A stretch of DNA of 64,000 nt from a virus: IMG/VR virus record IMGVR_UViG_3300037307_000289; one strand, given 5' to 3'. Positions 56,069 through 64,000 of the stretch are shown in pieces. The translations under genes and the position numbers were made by a program. How positions within the stretch are numbered: position 1 is the stretch's first letter; every line of letters starts with the position of its first letter. Under the pieces are notes generated by a model, which ran no database searches, was not told where the DNA came from, and was given only the letters and a program-made list of their open reading frames with translations.

Positions 56069-56827
56069 ATGCCTAAATTAATGGGAACTGACGAAACTCA
56101 AGTTATTAAAATTGCAGGAGCAGGGAACTTTCAGTTTTCTGCAATTCGCATTGAAGATTTGGGGGCAACCGAATATTCATTGGTCACAATTGTTTGCGAT
56201 GTCTCTGGAAGTGTTGAAACTTTCAAAGATGGTTTATTGAAAATGATCAAAACTGTTGTTGCAGCTTGCAAAAAGAATCCAAGGGCAGAAAATCTTTTGC
56301 TTCGTCTCCTTGTTTTCAACAGTCAAATAACGGAGATTCATGGATTTAAAGAGCTCAGCAGCATTGATCCTGACAAGTATGACCCTCTCAATCCTGACGG
56401 GTTTACTGCATTATTTGATGCTTCATATGATGGCGTTGGTGCAACTCTTGAGTTCGCCAAACGCTTGATTGAACAGGATTTCAACTGCAATGGAGTTGTT
56501 TACATCATTACAGATGGAATGGACAACCGCAGCAGAATGACTCCTTCTGGTATTAAGAAGAAGATTCTTGAAGCTCTTTCAAATGAGCAGATTGAATCTC
56601 TTTCAACTATTCTTATTGCTTTGCATGATCCCAATTCAGGTTGGGCTGCAGATGTGAAAGATGCATTGGATCGCTTTCATAAAGATGCTGGTCTTAATGC
56701 CTTCGTTGATATTGGTGCTGCAACTCCTCAAAAGTTGGCGAAGTTGGCCAACTGGGTGAGCGAAAGTGTCAGCAGCACTTCACAGGCTCTAGGAACTGGA
56801 GCTCCAAGTCAGGTGCTTAAGTTCTAG
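56069..56827 (+). CDS. von Willebrand factor A (vWA) domain protein (252 aa)
   Basis: The MIDAS motif DVSGSV follows a hydrophobic strand. A second block is IITDGMDN. Confidence 0.7.
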   Translation: MPKLMGTDETQVIKIAGAGNFQFSAIRIEDLGATEYSLVTIVCDVSGSVETFKDGLLKMIKTVVAACKKNPRAENLLLRLLVFNSQITEIHGFKELSSIDPDKYDPLNPDGFTALFDASYDGVGATLEFAKRLIEQDFNCNGVVYIITDGMDNRSRMTPSGIKKKILEALSNEQIESLSTILIALHDPNSGWAADVKDALDRFHKDAGLNAFVDIGAATPQKLAKLANWVSESVSSTSQALGTGAPSQVLKF

Positions 56828-56849
56828 AGTGGTCGAGGCGGCGGGTGAA

Positions 56850-56873
56850 GGGTGGGGTCTTAGGATCCCACCC
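56850..56873. other. GC-rich hairpin (gggtggggtc / gatcccaccc, loop ttag) between the vWA gene and a CPC-family gene
   Basis: Read directly. One mismatch in a 10-bp stem. No U-tract. Confidence 0.3.
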
Positions 56874-56890
56874 AGCCTGGAGAAATAACT

Positions 56891-57109
56891 ATGAAACCAA
56901 AAACTTGTGACGGTTGTACTAGATGGTCTAATTTTTTTCATGGTTGTACATTTTTTGCAGATTCATTAGAAGATATGTATATATGTCCATGTCAAGATTG
57001 TCTAGTAAAACCCATGTGTAAAACAGGAATTATTTGCCCTGTATTTAGAAAAAGAGTAGATGAATATTTTGGATTACAAAAGGGATTGAAATACCCGGAG
57101 GAGAAATGA
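56891..57109 (+). CDS. CPC-CLVK family mini-protein on the plus strand (72 aa)
   Basis: CDGCTRW; ICPCQDCLVKPMCKTGIIC. Stop overlaps the next ATG. Confidence 0.7.
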   Translation: MKPKTCDGCTRWSNFFHGCTFFADSLEDMYICPCQDCLVKPMCKTGIICPVFRKRVDEYFGLQKGLKYPEEK

Positions 57110-57768
57110 AAACTTTAATACTAGGAGATATACACGCTGAGTTTGGCAAGCTTAATACAATAATTAATAATAAAAATCCAGATCTAGTTATTTGCTGCGG
57201 CGATTTTGGATATTGGCCAGGAATCAAAACTTTACCACAATTTGAAGATATCAAACCCAAGAACTCAAAAATTCTTTGGATAGATGGAAACCATGAAAAC
57301 CATTGGGCATTAAAAGAAAGAAAATCAGATGAGATAGTTCCTAATATAATCTATATGCCACGCGGTTCTACTTATGATCTTCCTGATGGAAGAAGAATCC
57401 TTTTCATGGGAGGGGCGGATTCCATTGATAAACAATGGAGAAAACTTGGTTATGATTGGTTTCCAGAAGAGATAATTACTCAAAAAGATATAATTAACTT
57501 ACCTGATTGTAAAATTGATATTTTGATAAGTCATACATGTTCAAATGAAATTAAAGATGAAAAAATGATTAAACTTAACCCACTTAAACTAAAAGATCCT
57601 TCAAATGATGCATTAAGTTATATTTGGAATAAGTATCGCCCAAGCATGTGGTTTTTTGGTCACTGGCATAAATTTGTTCAGGGTGGTTACCAAGGAACCT
57701 TATGGTGGGCATTAAGTCATCCAACTGAAGGAACTCGTTGGTGGATTTGGCTCCCGGAGAAAAGGTAA
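57106..57768 (+). CDS. calcineurin-like metallophosphoesterase / Ser-Thr phosphatase (220 aa)
   Basis: GDIHA, GDFG, GNHENH and GHWH motifs in the canonical order. Confidence 0.8.
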   Translation: MKTLILGDIHAEFGKLNTIINNKNPDLVICCGDFGYWPGIKTLPQFEDIKPKNSKILWIDGNHENHWALKERKSDEIVPNIIYMPRGSTYDLPDGRRILFMGGADSIDKQWRKLGYDWFPEEIITQKDIINLPDCKIDILISHTCSNEIKDEKMIKLNPLKLKDPSNDALSYIWNKYRPSMWFFGHWHKFVQGGYQGTLWWALSHPTEGTRWWIWLPEKR

Positions 57769-57950
57769 TGCCTAAAATTCTAGATCAAACTGAAATTGAA
57801 GAATTACTTAAAAGAATGAGAGAAATACAAAATGATGAAAGAAATCTATTAGCAATTAGAGTTATTGCATTAAAAATAGAAACATATCTATTACAAATGG
57901 ATGTAATTCTATTAGAAGAGGAAGTTAAAAACAATGACAAAAACTTATGA
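57738..57950 (+). CDS. small hypothetical protein (70 aa)
   Basis: ORF only. Overlaps both neighbours. Confidence 0.3.
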   Translation: MVDLAPGEKVMPKILDQTEIEELLKRMREIQNDERNLLAIRVIALKIETYLLQMDVILLEEEVKNNDKNL

Positions 57951-58158
57951 AATTCCAGCTAAATTTATGTTAACTACTGATGCAGATCCAAAACAAATTG
58001 GATATCTTGTTTTAAATGCAGAAATAAATATTAATGAAATGCCAAAAGTTATAGCTAAATTTGACGATGGCAAAACAATAACAGGAATAGTTAGAGTACA
58101 CTTCAGCATGCCAGAGGAGGCAGAAGAATCATGTCAAAACGAATCGCAGAAAGTTTGA
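57934..58158 (+). CDS. small hypothetical protein (74 aa)
   Basis: ORF only. Confidence 0.35.
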   Translation: MTKTYEIPAKFMLTTDADPKQIGYLVLNAEININEMPKVIAKFDDGKTITGIVRVHFSMPEEAEESCQNESQKV

Positions 58159-59237
58159 ACATCATCAAGCACCCCATTACCAAAGCTATTTTGGATCGCT
58201 CCACCGAAATTCTAATGCCTTTGAAAGAGGTTGAGGATTGGTGGGGATATGATCTCATGGCTAGAAAACCCAGTCCAGCGTATGATGAATATGGTATATT
58301 CCAAGGGACGGATTTGGATCTTGCATGCTTTCTTTATGCTCTTTCGGAACGTGATGCAGTTATCAACATTCCGGTTTACAAGAGCATGACCCAGAAGAAG
58401 GAACGGGTCGACGAGAAGGTGACCTCCCAGTACAACAGAAATGGGAAGATCATAGGCCTTGGAGCCAACAAGCATTTCTTTTCATTCAACATCAAGATTC
58501 TAGACCAGAATGTCATTGGTCAGGATGAAGTCGGACGTCCAAGAACTTTTTCTCTCACCGACTATTATGGAAAATGGTATGAAGGGTGGAAGACGATTCA
58601 GTTCACTCCAACTTTGAGGGAGAATAAGTTCATCACCGAAAGCGGTTTATGGTCAGGCAACAAAATCTATTTCAAGAATTTCGCCCATCCGAACCGCTGG
58701 ACTTCATTCTTCGGACATCATTATGTCATTACCAAACTGATGATTGAACGCCTTGAAGATGAAGCCAAATATCTCAATGGAGTCATCAAATGGATGCAGG
58801 AAAACGGTGTCAAATTCGAGAAGGGTGAAGGCCCCGAAGAACATGAATATGAATACGGAGACAAGAAGCAGATGAAGTTCAAGGCTTCTGAAGTTGAAGT
58901 ATTCGTTCCAGAATCCTGTATCATTGGGGAATATGAAAAATACCCTCTCGGAATGGCGGAGCTCGCTTTGGCTTATCAAAAACGCAAAGCTCTCAACCGC
59001 GCCATTGGTCGCCTCCGTTTCATGACCAGAGCAACCGAGATGGCTCACTTCCAGAATCCCGCTGCTCTTCCCTCATGGTTGCAGGGTGTTACATGGGAGG
59101 ATGGATTCAAAAAGCCTGGTGGAAGAACCACCTGGAAAAGATTGAAACTGTATCAACCTGCAGTCGGCGAATATTCAGTTTCCATTTTGAAACGGGAATA
59201 TGAGAAGTCTCAAACCGTTTCTGCCGATTCATACTGA
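58131..59237 (+). CDS. hypothetical protein (368 aa), GC-richer codon usage
   Basis: Long ORF. No family recognised. Confidence 0.5.
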   Translation: MSKRIAESLNIIKHPITKAILDRSTEILMPLKEVEDWWGYDLMARKPSPAYDEYGIFQGTDLDLACFLYALSERDAVINIPVYKSMTQKKERVDEKVTSQYNRNGKIIGLGANKHFFSFNIKILDQNVIGQDEVGRPRTFSLTDYYGKWYEGWKTIQFTPTLRENKFITESGLWSGNKIYFKNFAHPNRWTSFFGHHYVITKLMIERLEDEAKYLNGVIKWMQENGVKFEKGEGPEEHEYEYGDKKQMKFKASEVEVFVPESCIIGEYEKYPLGMAELALAYQKRKALNRAIGRLRFMTRATEMAHFQNPAALPSWLQGVTWEDGFKKPGGRTTWKRLKLYQPAVGEYSVSILKREYEKSQTVSADSY

Positions 59238-59288
59238 TTCCAAAATGGGAGGGAGAGGGAAACTTCTCCCTCCTAACGAAAGGTTAAA

Positions 59289-60092
59289 ATGTTAAAAATA
59301 GACACGTTTTCTGAAATTGGTTCACAACATAAAATATGTGAAGATTACTGTATCGGCCAAAATGAGCCATTTCCATTACTTATTTTATCTGATGGATGTT
59401 CAAGTTCAAAAAATACTGATATGGGAGCAAGAATTATTTGTCATTTGACAAAGCAATATATCACTCAAAATCAACAATATTTAAATAAAGTTATTCCTTC
59501 ACAACTAGGAGACTGGGTTATACATAATGCACAAATGACTGCCAAAAACTTGGGTCTCTCGGAAGAATGTTTAGATGCTACTCTAATTATTGCTTATTAT
59601 GTTAAAGAAGAAAATTGTATAAGAATAATAGTTTTTGGTGATGGTGATATAATTCATCAAACCCCAAACGGAACTATATTTAGACATCATATTCATTACA
59701 AACCAAATGCTCCTTATTATCTTTCATATAGAATTAACATGTTTAGAAACCAATCATATCATCAAATGAAAGTTGATAAAACTATTTTGTTAGATGGGGT
59801 CAAAACCGAGACGGTTGCATACGATCAACCATATGTTATGAATATTTTTTTAGACATGGATGAATTTCCTAAGATTCTAATCTGCACTGATGGGATTGAA
59901 TCTTTCCTAAAAGATGTGGTCAACCCTGTAACAGAACCCGAACTAAAATACATATTGAATGGATTTCTTTCATTTAAAACAACAACCGGGGAATTTCTAA
60001 AAAGAAGAGCTACAAATGCTCTAAAGAAATTAACTGCTGAGAATTTTATTCATTATGATGATTTAACTATTGGTGCAATACTAAAGGAGTAA
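59289..60092 (+). CDS. PP2C-like Ser/Thr phosphatase (267 aa)
   Basis: Asp-containing blocks in PP2C order: ICEDYC, ILSDGCSSS, VFGDGDIIH and C-terminal YDDLTIGAI. Confidence 0.45.
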   Translation: MLKIDTFSEIGSQHKICEDYCIGQNEPFPLLILSDGCSSSKNTDMGARIICHLTKQYITQNQQYLNKVIPSQLGDWVIHNAQMTAKNLGLSEECLDATLIIAYYVKEENCIRIIVFGDGDIIHQTPNGTIFRHHIHYKPNAPYYLSYRINMFRNQSYHQMKVDKTILLDGVKTETVAYDQPYVMNIFLDMDEFPKILICTDGIESFLKDVVNPVTEPELKYILNGFLSFKTTTGEFLKRRATNALKKLTAENFIHYDDLTIGAILKE

Positions 60093-60094
60093 TA

Positions 60095-60403
60095 ATGGAA
60101 TATTATCCAACAGATCTAGTAGACCCAAATCAATTGAAAATGCAGTATCAAGGAGTTCCTGTAATGTCTAGAAGCTACATTGGGAACTTACAAGAAGGTA
60201 ACTATGTGAAGATAAGAAGAAATCAAGAGGCATTTTGGGTTCTTCTTGATAAATTAGAAGGAGAAATTATTAAAGGTAAAGTTTTCTACAAGTTATCTTT
60301 CAATAGATATAAAGTTGGAGATTATCTATTCTTCGATCGAAAATATGTTTTTGATGTCTACGTAGGAGACATGTGGAATATGATACCAGTTCAAACTTCT
60401 TAG
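60095..60403 (+). CDS. hypothetical protein (102 aa)
   Basis: ORF only. Confidence 0.4.
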   Translation: MEYYPTDLVDPNQLKMQYQGVPVMSRSYIGNLQEGNYVKIRRNQEAFWVLLDKLEGEIIKGKVFYKLSFNRYKVGDYLFFDRKYVFDVYVGDMWNMIPVQTS

Positions 60404-60412
60404 GAGAGAATA

Positions 60413-62089
60413 GTGGATGTCATAGTTAATGGTCAAAAAATATCATTGAGTCAAAAGAACTTCGTTGCAAAAGGTGGCGAAGGTTCAATATTCAAGAGAA
60501 ACGGAACTGCTTTCAAAATATATGAAGAAATTTCAAAGATGGTTCCTGTTGAGAAATTGAAAGAATTAAAAGAATTAGATCATCCTAATATTGTAAGACC
60601 TCTAGATATTATTATGAATGAAAAGAAACATGCTATTGGTTTTACAATGGCATGGATTGGAGATGATAACTATCCATTAGTTAAATTATTTACAAATACA
60701 TTCAGAGAAGCAAATAATGTAAATGATGCAATGACTTTAGAACTAGTTGAGAATATTAAGAAAGCTACTTACTACATTCACGAACATAATTGCTTAATAG
60801 TTGATGGCAATGAACTTAACTATCTTGTAGCTCCAAATTTTATCAATCCTTACTTCATTGATACTAATGCATGGCAAACCAAAAATTTTCCTGCATCAGC
60901 TATCATGCCTTCAATAAGAGATTGGACTACAGATTCCTTTACGCAATTAACTGATTGGTTCTCATTTGGAATTGTAACATTTCAACTATTCACTGGAATA
61001 CACCCCTTCAAAGGAAAACATAGAGATTTCAGACCAAATGATTTCCGTGGTCGTATCATGAAGAATATGTCAGTCTTTAATCCTCAGGTTTCAATTCCTC
61101 CAACAGTGAGAGATTTTAATTTAATTCCTGGAGCTTATAAAGACTGGTATTATAATGTATTTGAAAATGGAAAGAGAACCCCTCCTCCTGTTCTTCCTGG
61201 TCAAGCAGGAAAGACTCAGGTTAAAGTTATCCTTATTAAAAGCACAGATAACTTTGAATTTTCTGAAGTTAAAGAATATCCAGAAGATATTCTATATCAT
61301 AATGGTTTAACTGAAGTTACAAAAACAAAAACCAAAATATACATTAGACGAACTGACTATGATATTAAACCTGGAGAAGAAATGCTTATTGTTTCAGCAT
61401 ATCAGATTCCAGTTATAGCGAGTGTTGAAAACAAGGTTCTTAAATTGAGAACTTTAGATAACACTTATAAACTAAAACCAATTGCTTTAACATGTACAGA
61501 TAAAATGATTATCGACGATACTTTATTTGTCAGGAATGAAGAAAAATTAATTCAATTAGATTTTACAGTGATGGGCAACAATCTTTTGCCTATCATAAAT
61601 AAAACATGGACGATTGAATCATTTTCAAGTCAGTTGTTCAGCAATATGATTGTACAAAGTGTTCTAGGAAGGACTTACTTTGCAATTCCCAATCCTTCAA
61701 AAGGAACATTTCATATAGTTGCTATTCCTGATTTAGACAAATACAAAATCATTGATGCAAAATATGAAAATTTAGTTTCAGTTTTAATGCTGAACCATAA
61801 CGGAGTTTATTCACGCTGCGTTATTAAATTCACAGAAAAATTTGATAAATATAAGATTAGAATTGATGACCAGGTTGATTACGAAGCAATAAACTTCATT
61901 TGCCTTTCTCAAGGCGTCTGTATCATGATCCATTCTGATACAGTTGAAATTTTCTTTAATAAATTCGATAAGGATGATGTAAAGAAAATTTCCGATCCTC
62001 AAATCAATTCATCTATGAGATTGTGTAAAGATGGTACCAAAGTTAGATTTTTTCAAGGCAAAAAACTCTATAATTTTTCAATGAAGTAG
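60413..62089 (+). CDS. eukaryotic-like protein kinase domain protein (558 aa)
   Basis: Gly loop GGEGSIF, AFKIY (VAIK-like Lys), catalytic-loop-like HEHNCLIVDGNELN, and DWFSFGIVTFQLFTGIHPF matching the D-x-W-S-x-G..PF subdomain IX block. Then a long C-terminal extension. Confidence 0.55.
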   Translation: MDVIVNGQKISLSQKNFVAKGGEGSIFKRNGTAFKIYEEISKMVPVEKLKELKELDHPNIVRPLDIIMNEKKHAIGFTMAWIGDDNYPLVKLFTNTFREANNVNDAMTLELVENIKKATYYIHEHNCLIVDGNELNYLVAPNFINPYFIDTNAWQTKNFPASAIMPSIRDWTTDSFTQLTDWFSFGIVTFQLFTGIHPFKGKHRDFRPNDFRGRIMKNMSVFNPQVSIPPTVRDFNLIPGAYKDWYYNVFENGKRTPPPVLPGQAGKTQVKVILIKSTDNFEFSEVKEYPEDILYHNGLTEVTKTKTKIYIRRTDYDIKPGEEMLIVSAYQIPVIASVENKVLKLRTLDNTYKLKPIALTCTDKMIIDDTLFVRNEEKLIQLDFTVMGNNLLPIINKTWTIESFSSQLFSNMIVQSVLGRTYFAIPNPSKGTFHIVAIPDLDKYKIIDAKYENLVSVLMLNHNGVYSRCVIKFTEKFDKYKIRIDDQVDYEAINFICLSQGVCIMIHSDTVEIFFNKFDKDDVKKISDPQINSSMRLCKDGTKVRFFQGKKLYNFSMK

Positions 62090-62091
62090 AA

Positions 62092-62670
62092 ATGTCAGGG
62101 GGTGAAATTCCCCCTGACAATAACTTAACAAAGGAGCTATCTATGAAAAAGTTATTTGCAGCAGTTGTTATGGTTCTCTGTTTCTTTAGTTTTGCATCGG
62201 CGGATAGTTTTTGTGAGGAGAATTTTGGTATTCCTTTTTTCAGCGATAGAAATTTATCTGAAGCTCAGATGACCAAAAATTTTGGAAAAAGTATAACTAG
62301 AAATAGTGATTTTACAGTTTGGATGGATAGGAATGGAACAAGTATAACTTTATTTTTTAAACAGGAAAAATTAGTTGGTGCTACAAGTATGGTTGCTATA
62401 GTGGCTGAGTCAAGTCAAGCTATTAGTGAGGTAACAAAACTTTTTATTGAAATGAAAAAGATTATTGATGCAGAAAAAGATTATCAATTAGTTAAAGAAA
62501 TTGGAATGGAATTTAGCGGATTAAAATCAAAAGGATTTCTTTATAAATGTAAAAGAAATTCTATGGAAAGAATGGTAATATATATTTCTAAAGACCCTAA
62601 AAATCAATTACTAGGTATAACTGTTCATTCTTATTTGTCTGGATTTGGACTTAGAGAATTTGATCAATGA
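62092..62670 (+). CDS. secreted/periplasmic hypothetical protein (192 aa) with N-terminal signal peptide
   Basis: The signal-like segment MKKLFAAVVMVLCFFSFASA comes after a short N-terminal segment. The start may be the internal MKKLF. Confidence 0.5.
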   Translation: MSGGEIPPDNNLTKELSMKKLFAAVVMVLCFFSFASADSFCEENFGIPFFSDRNLSEAQMTKNFGKSITRNSDFTVWMDRNGTSITLFFKQEKLVGATSMVAIVAESSQAISEVTKLFIEMKKIIDAEKDYQLVKEIGMEFSGLKSKGFLYKCKRNSMERMVIYISKDPKNQLLGITVHSYLSGFGLREFDQ

Positions 62671-62948
62671 AAGAATATTCATACTGCGATGGGTGTTTAA
62701 CATATGAATTAGTTAAAGAAGAAAAAAGAAAAGGAGAAAGTGATTCAAGGTGTTTGGCAGAACTTTCTCCTGGTTGTCATTGTGCTGATTGTTTGGTTAA
62801 ACCAACATGTAGGGCAAAAAATACTTGTATGAAGTTTGTTAAACAAGTTATCCTTACTTTTCCAAATAGAGGAACAGTAGAAGGATTTGTTGATAAATCA
62901 CCACTTAAAGAACAACTAATAGAAGAAAGAGTTTGGCCAATAATATGA
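62667..62948 (+). CDS. CPC-CLVK family mini-protein on the plus strand (93 aa)
   Basis: CDGCLTY; GCHCADCLVKPTCRAKNTC. Confidence 0.65.
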   Translation: MKEYSYCDGCLTYELVKEEKRKGESDSRCLAELSPGCHCADCLVKPTCRAKNTCMKFVKQVILTFPNRGTVEGFVDKSPLKEQLIEERVWPII

Positions 62949-63244
62949 TCTTACATAAAGAAATCTTAGAAGGTTTTACCAATATTGAAAGTGAAGTAGA
63001 TCAATTAAGATCTCTTCAAGGAGAATGTGGAGAACTTATTGCTGCAATACAAAATTATACAAGGAAAGATAAACCAACTGCAATAGTAGATGTTCTTAAT
63101 GAAGTAGTGGATGTCTATTTCTTAATTCAACAAATTCAGTGGTATCATCCAACTACTTTTTCTCAACTATGTAAAAATAAATTAGAAAAAGTCCAAAAGA
63201 CTTTGGAGGCACGTGGTGGCACTGTTAGAAAAGCTAAGAAATGA
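62933..63244 (+). CDS. MazG-like nucleotide pyrophosphohydrolase domain protein (103 aa)
   Basis: ECGELIAAI and NEVVDVYFLIQQI fit the E-x2-E-L / E-x2-D helix pair of small MazG/HisE-type domains. Confidence 0.5.
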   Translation: MANNMILHKEILEGFTNIESEVDQLRSLQGECGELIAAIQNYTRKDKPTAIVDVLNEVVDVYFLIQQIQWYHPTTFSQLCKNKLEKVQKTLEARGGTVRKAKK

Positions 63245-63629
63245 TCTTAAGCAGACAATGCTTACTAAAGATGAAGAAAAGAAAAATACTATTAAAATGG
63301 TTCTAGGTGAAATTCCAAGATTGAATAAACTTGCCAATGAAATTCCTACTGATGCAGAAGTTGAAGGAATCATCCGGAAGCTTATCAAATCAGAAACTCA
63401 GGTTTTAGAGCTGACTAAAAAGGATATTAATCAGTCTGAATATATTAAGGTTCTATCGAGTTATCTTCCTCAATCATTGAGTAAAGAAGAGATTAAAGAA
63501 TGGATTTCATCAAACATTGATCTTTCTAAATATGATAACCCAATCAAAGCTATGGGTGAAATTATGAAAGCTTTGAAGGGAAAAGTTGATGGTGGGGTTG
63601 TTAGAAATATACTTACCAATATATATTAA
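63213..63629 (+). CDS. yqeY: GatB/YqeY domain protein (138 aa)
   Basis: LLEKLRNDLKQTMLTKDEEKKNTIKMV, YLPQSLSKEEI and MGEIMKALKGKVDGGVV align closely with Bacillus YqeY (LLERLNQDMK.., YLPEQLSEEEL, MGKVMGAIMPKVKGKADGS), recalled from memory. Confidence 0.8.
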   Translation: MVALLEKLRNDLKQTMLTKDEEKKNTIKMVLGEIPRLNKLANEIPTDAEVEGIIRKLIKSETQVLELTKKDINQSEYIKVLSSYLPQSLSKEEIKEWISSNIDLSKYDNPIKAMGEIMKALKGKVDGGVVRNILTNIY

Positions 63630-63660
63630 TAAATAACAACAACCCTAACTAGGAGGTCTC

Positions 63661-63975
63661 ATGGACATCTTCAAACTGGAAATTCCTGTTACCAACTACA
63701 CTGAGGATGGTGTTTACTACTACACCATGTACTTCGCAAACAGATTCCCTACCAAGGATGAAGTTCTGGCTCTTCTTCAGAAAGAGTTGGAAACCCCTGA
63801 TCCTGATGGTTTTCCTGGTGGTGAAGATCTAACCAAGGAAGCTATGGAGATTCTGACCATTGCAGAGTACCCTATGCTTTACTCCAATTTGGTCATGACC
63901 AACAAAAGAGTTATTCATCCGAAATGGGGTGATTGCCCTATCTCGGCTGAAAGGGTTTACTATGTAGAGATGTAG
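63661..63975 (+). CDS. hypothetical protein (104 aa), GC-richer codon usage
   Basis: ORF only. Preceded by an AGGAGG RBS. Confidence 0.45.
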   Translation: MDIFKLEIPVTNYTEDGVYYYTMYFANRFPTKDEVLALLQKELETPDPDGFPGGEDLTKEAMEILTIAEYPMLYSNLVMTNKRVIHPKWGDCPISAERVYYVEM

Positions 63976-64000
63976 AATACTTATCCGCTGGCAGACCGGT

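Noticed and set aside
53550-56319. Antisense and alternate-frame ORFs in the SPFH, RNase H, isochorismatase and vWA genes (53550..53768, 53675..53974, 54180..54562 cluster, 55090..55524, 55806..56039, 56131..56319)
   Set aside because: Nested within genes that have strong motif support. No independent signals.

Overview
AT-rich virus/phage-like window (most likely a large bacteriophage) with two transcription blocks: a leftward block at ~1.5-52.0 kb and a rightward block at ~52.1-64 kb. Three things stand out. (1) A tandem array of about 30 paralogous genes for 60-140 aa Cys-rich mini-proteins sits at 1.5-10.4 kb, with a 5'-truncated member at the window start and two more at 56.9 and 62.7 kb. 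Each has an N-terminal CxxC motif (MPCxxC-x8-PC or C-x-G-C subtype) and a core CPC-x2-C-L[VI]K-x2-C-x3-C, which is the Cx2Cx5Cx3C spacing of SPASM auxiliary Fe-S domains. The array is interrupted by a vSET-like minimal SET methyltransferase and an RtcB RNA ligase and contains frameshifted or start-less copies. (2) A biosynthetic-looking cluster at 12.9-24.8 kb has two radical SAM enzymes with SPASM/twitch-type C-terminal Cys clusters flanking two Tyr/His/Ser/Asn-rich proteins built from reiterated P-H-Y-S/T motifs. The same cluster holds two Cx4Cx2C paralogs, a GT-B glycosyltransferase, two HxGH nucleotidyltransferase-like proteins and an MFS-type transporter; a RiPP-like or protein-modification system is inferred. 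(3) A tail-fiber module at 24.9-51.2 kb has seven tandem paralogous fiber-tip proteins plus a Tfa-like chaperone. It also has giant fibers of 2337, 1415, 670 and 428 aa that reuse a ~60 aa module 12 times, collagen-like (GTSGSSG)n tracts and a His-rich tip protein. The rightward block encodes NADAR, a SPFH/flotillin-like protein, RNase H, a nicotinamidase-like hydrolase, a vWA protein, a metallophosphoesterase, a PP2C-like phosphatase, a eukaryotic-like protein kinase, a MazG-like protein and a YqeY protein. The left end carries a (GTACA)~14 pentanucleotide repeat, a GC-rich hairpin-dense island and a rho-independent terminator. All calls rest on motif reading of the supplied ORF translations; no database searches were run.
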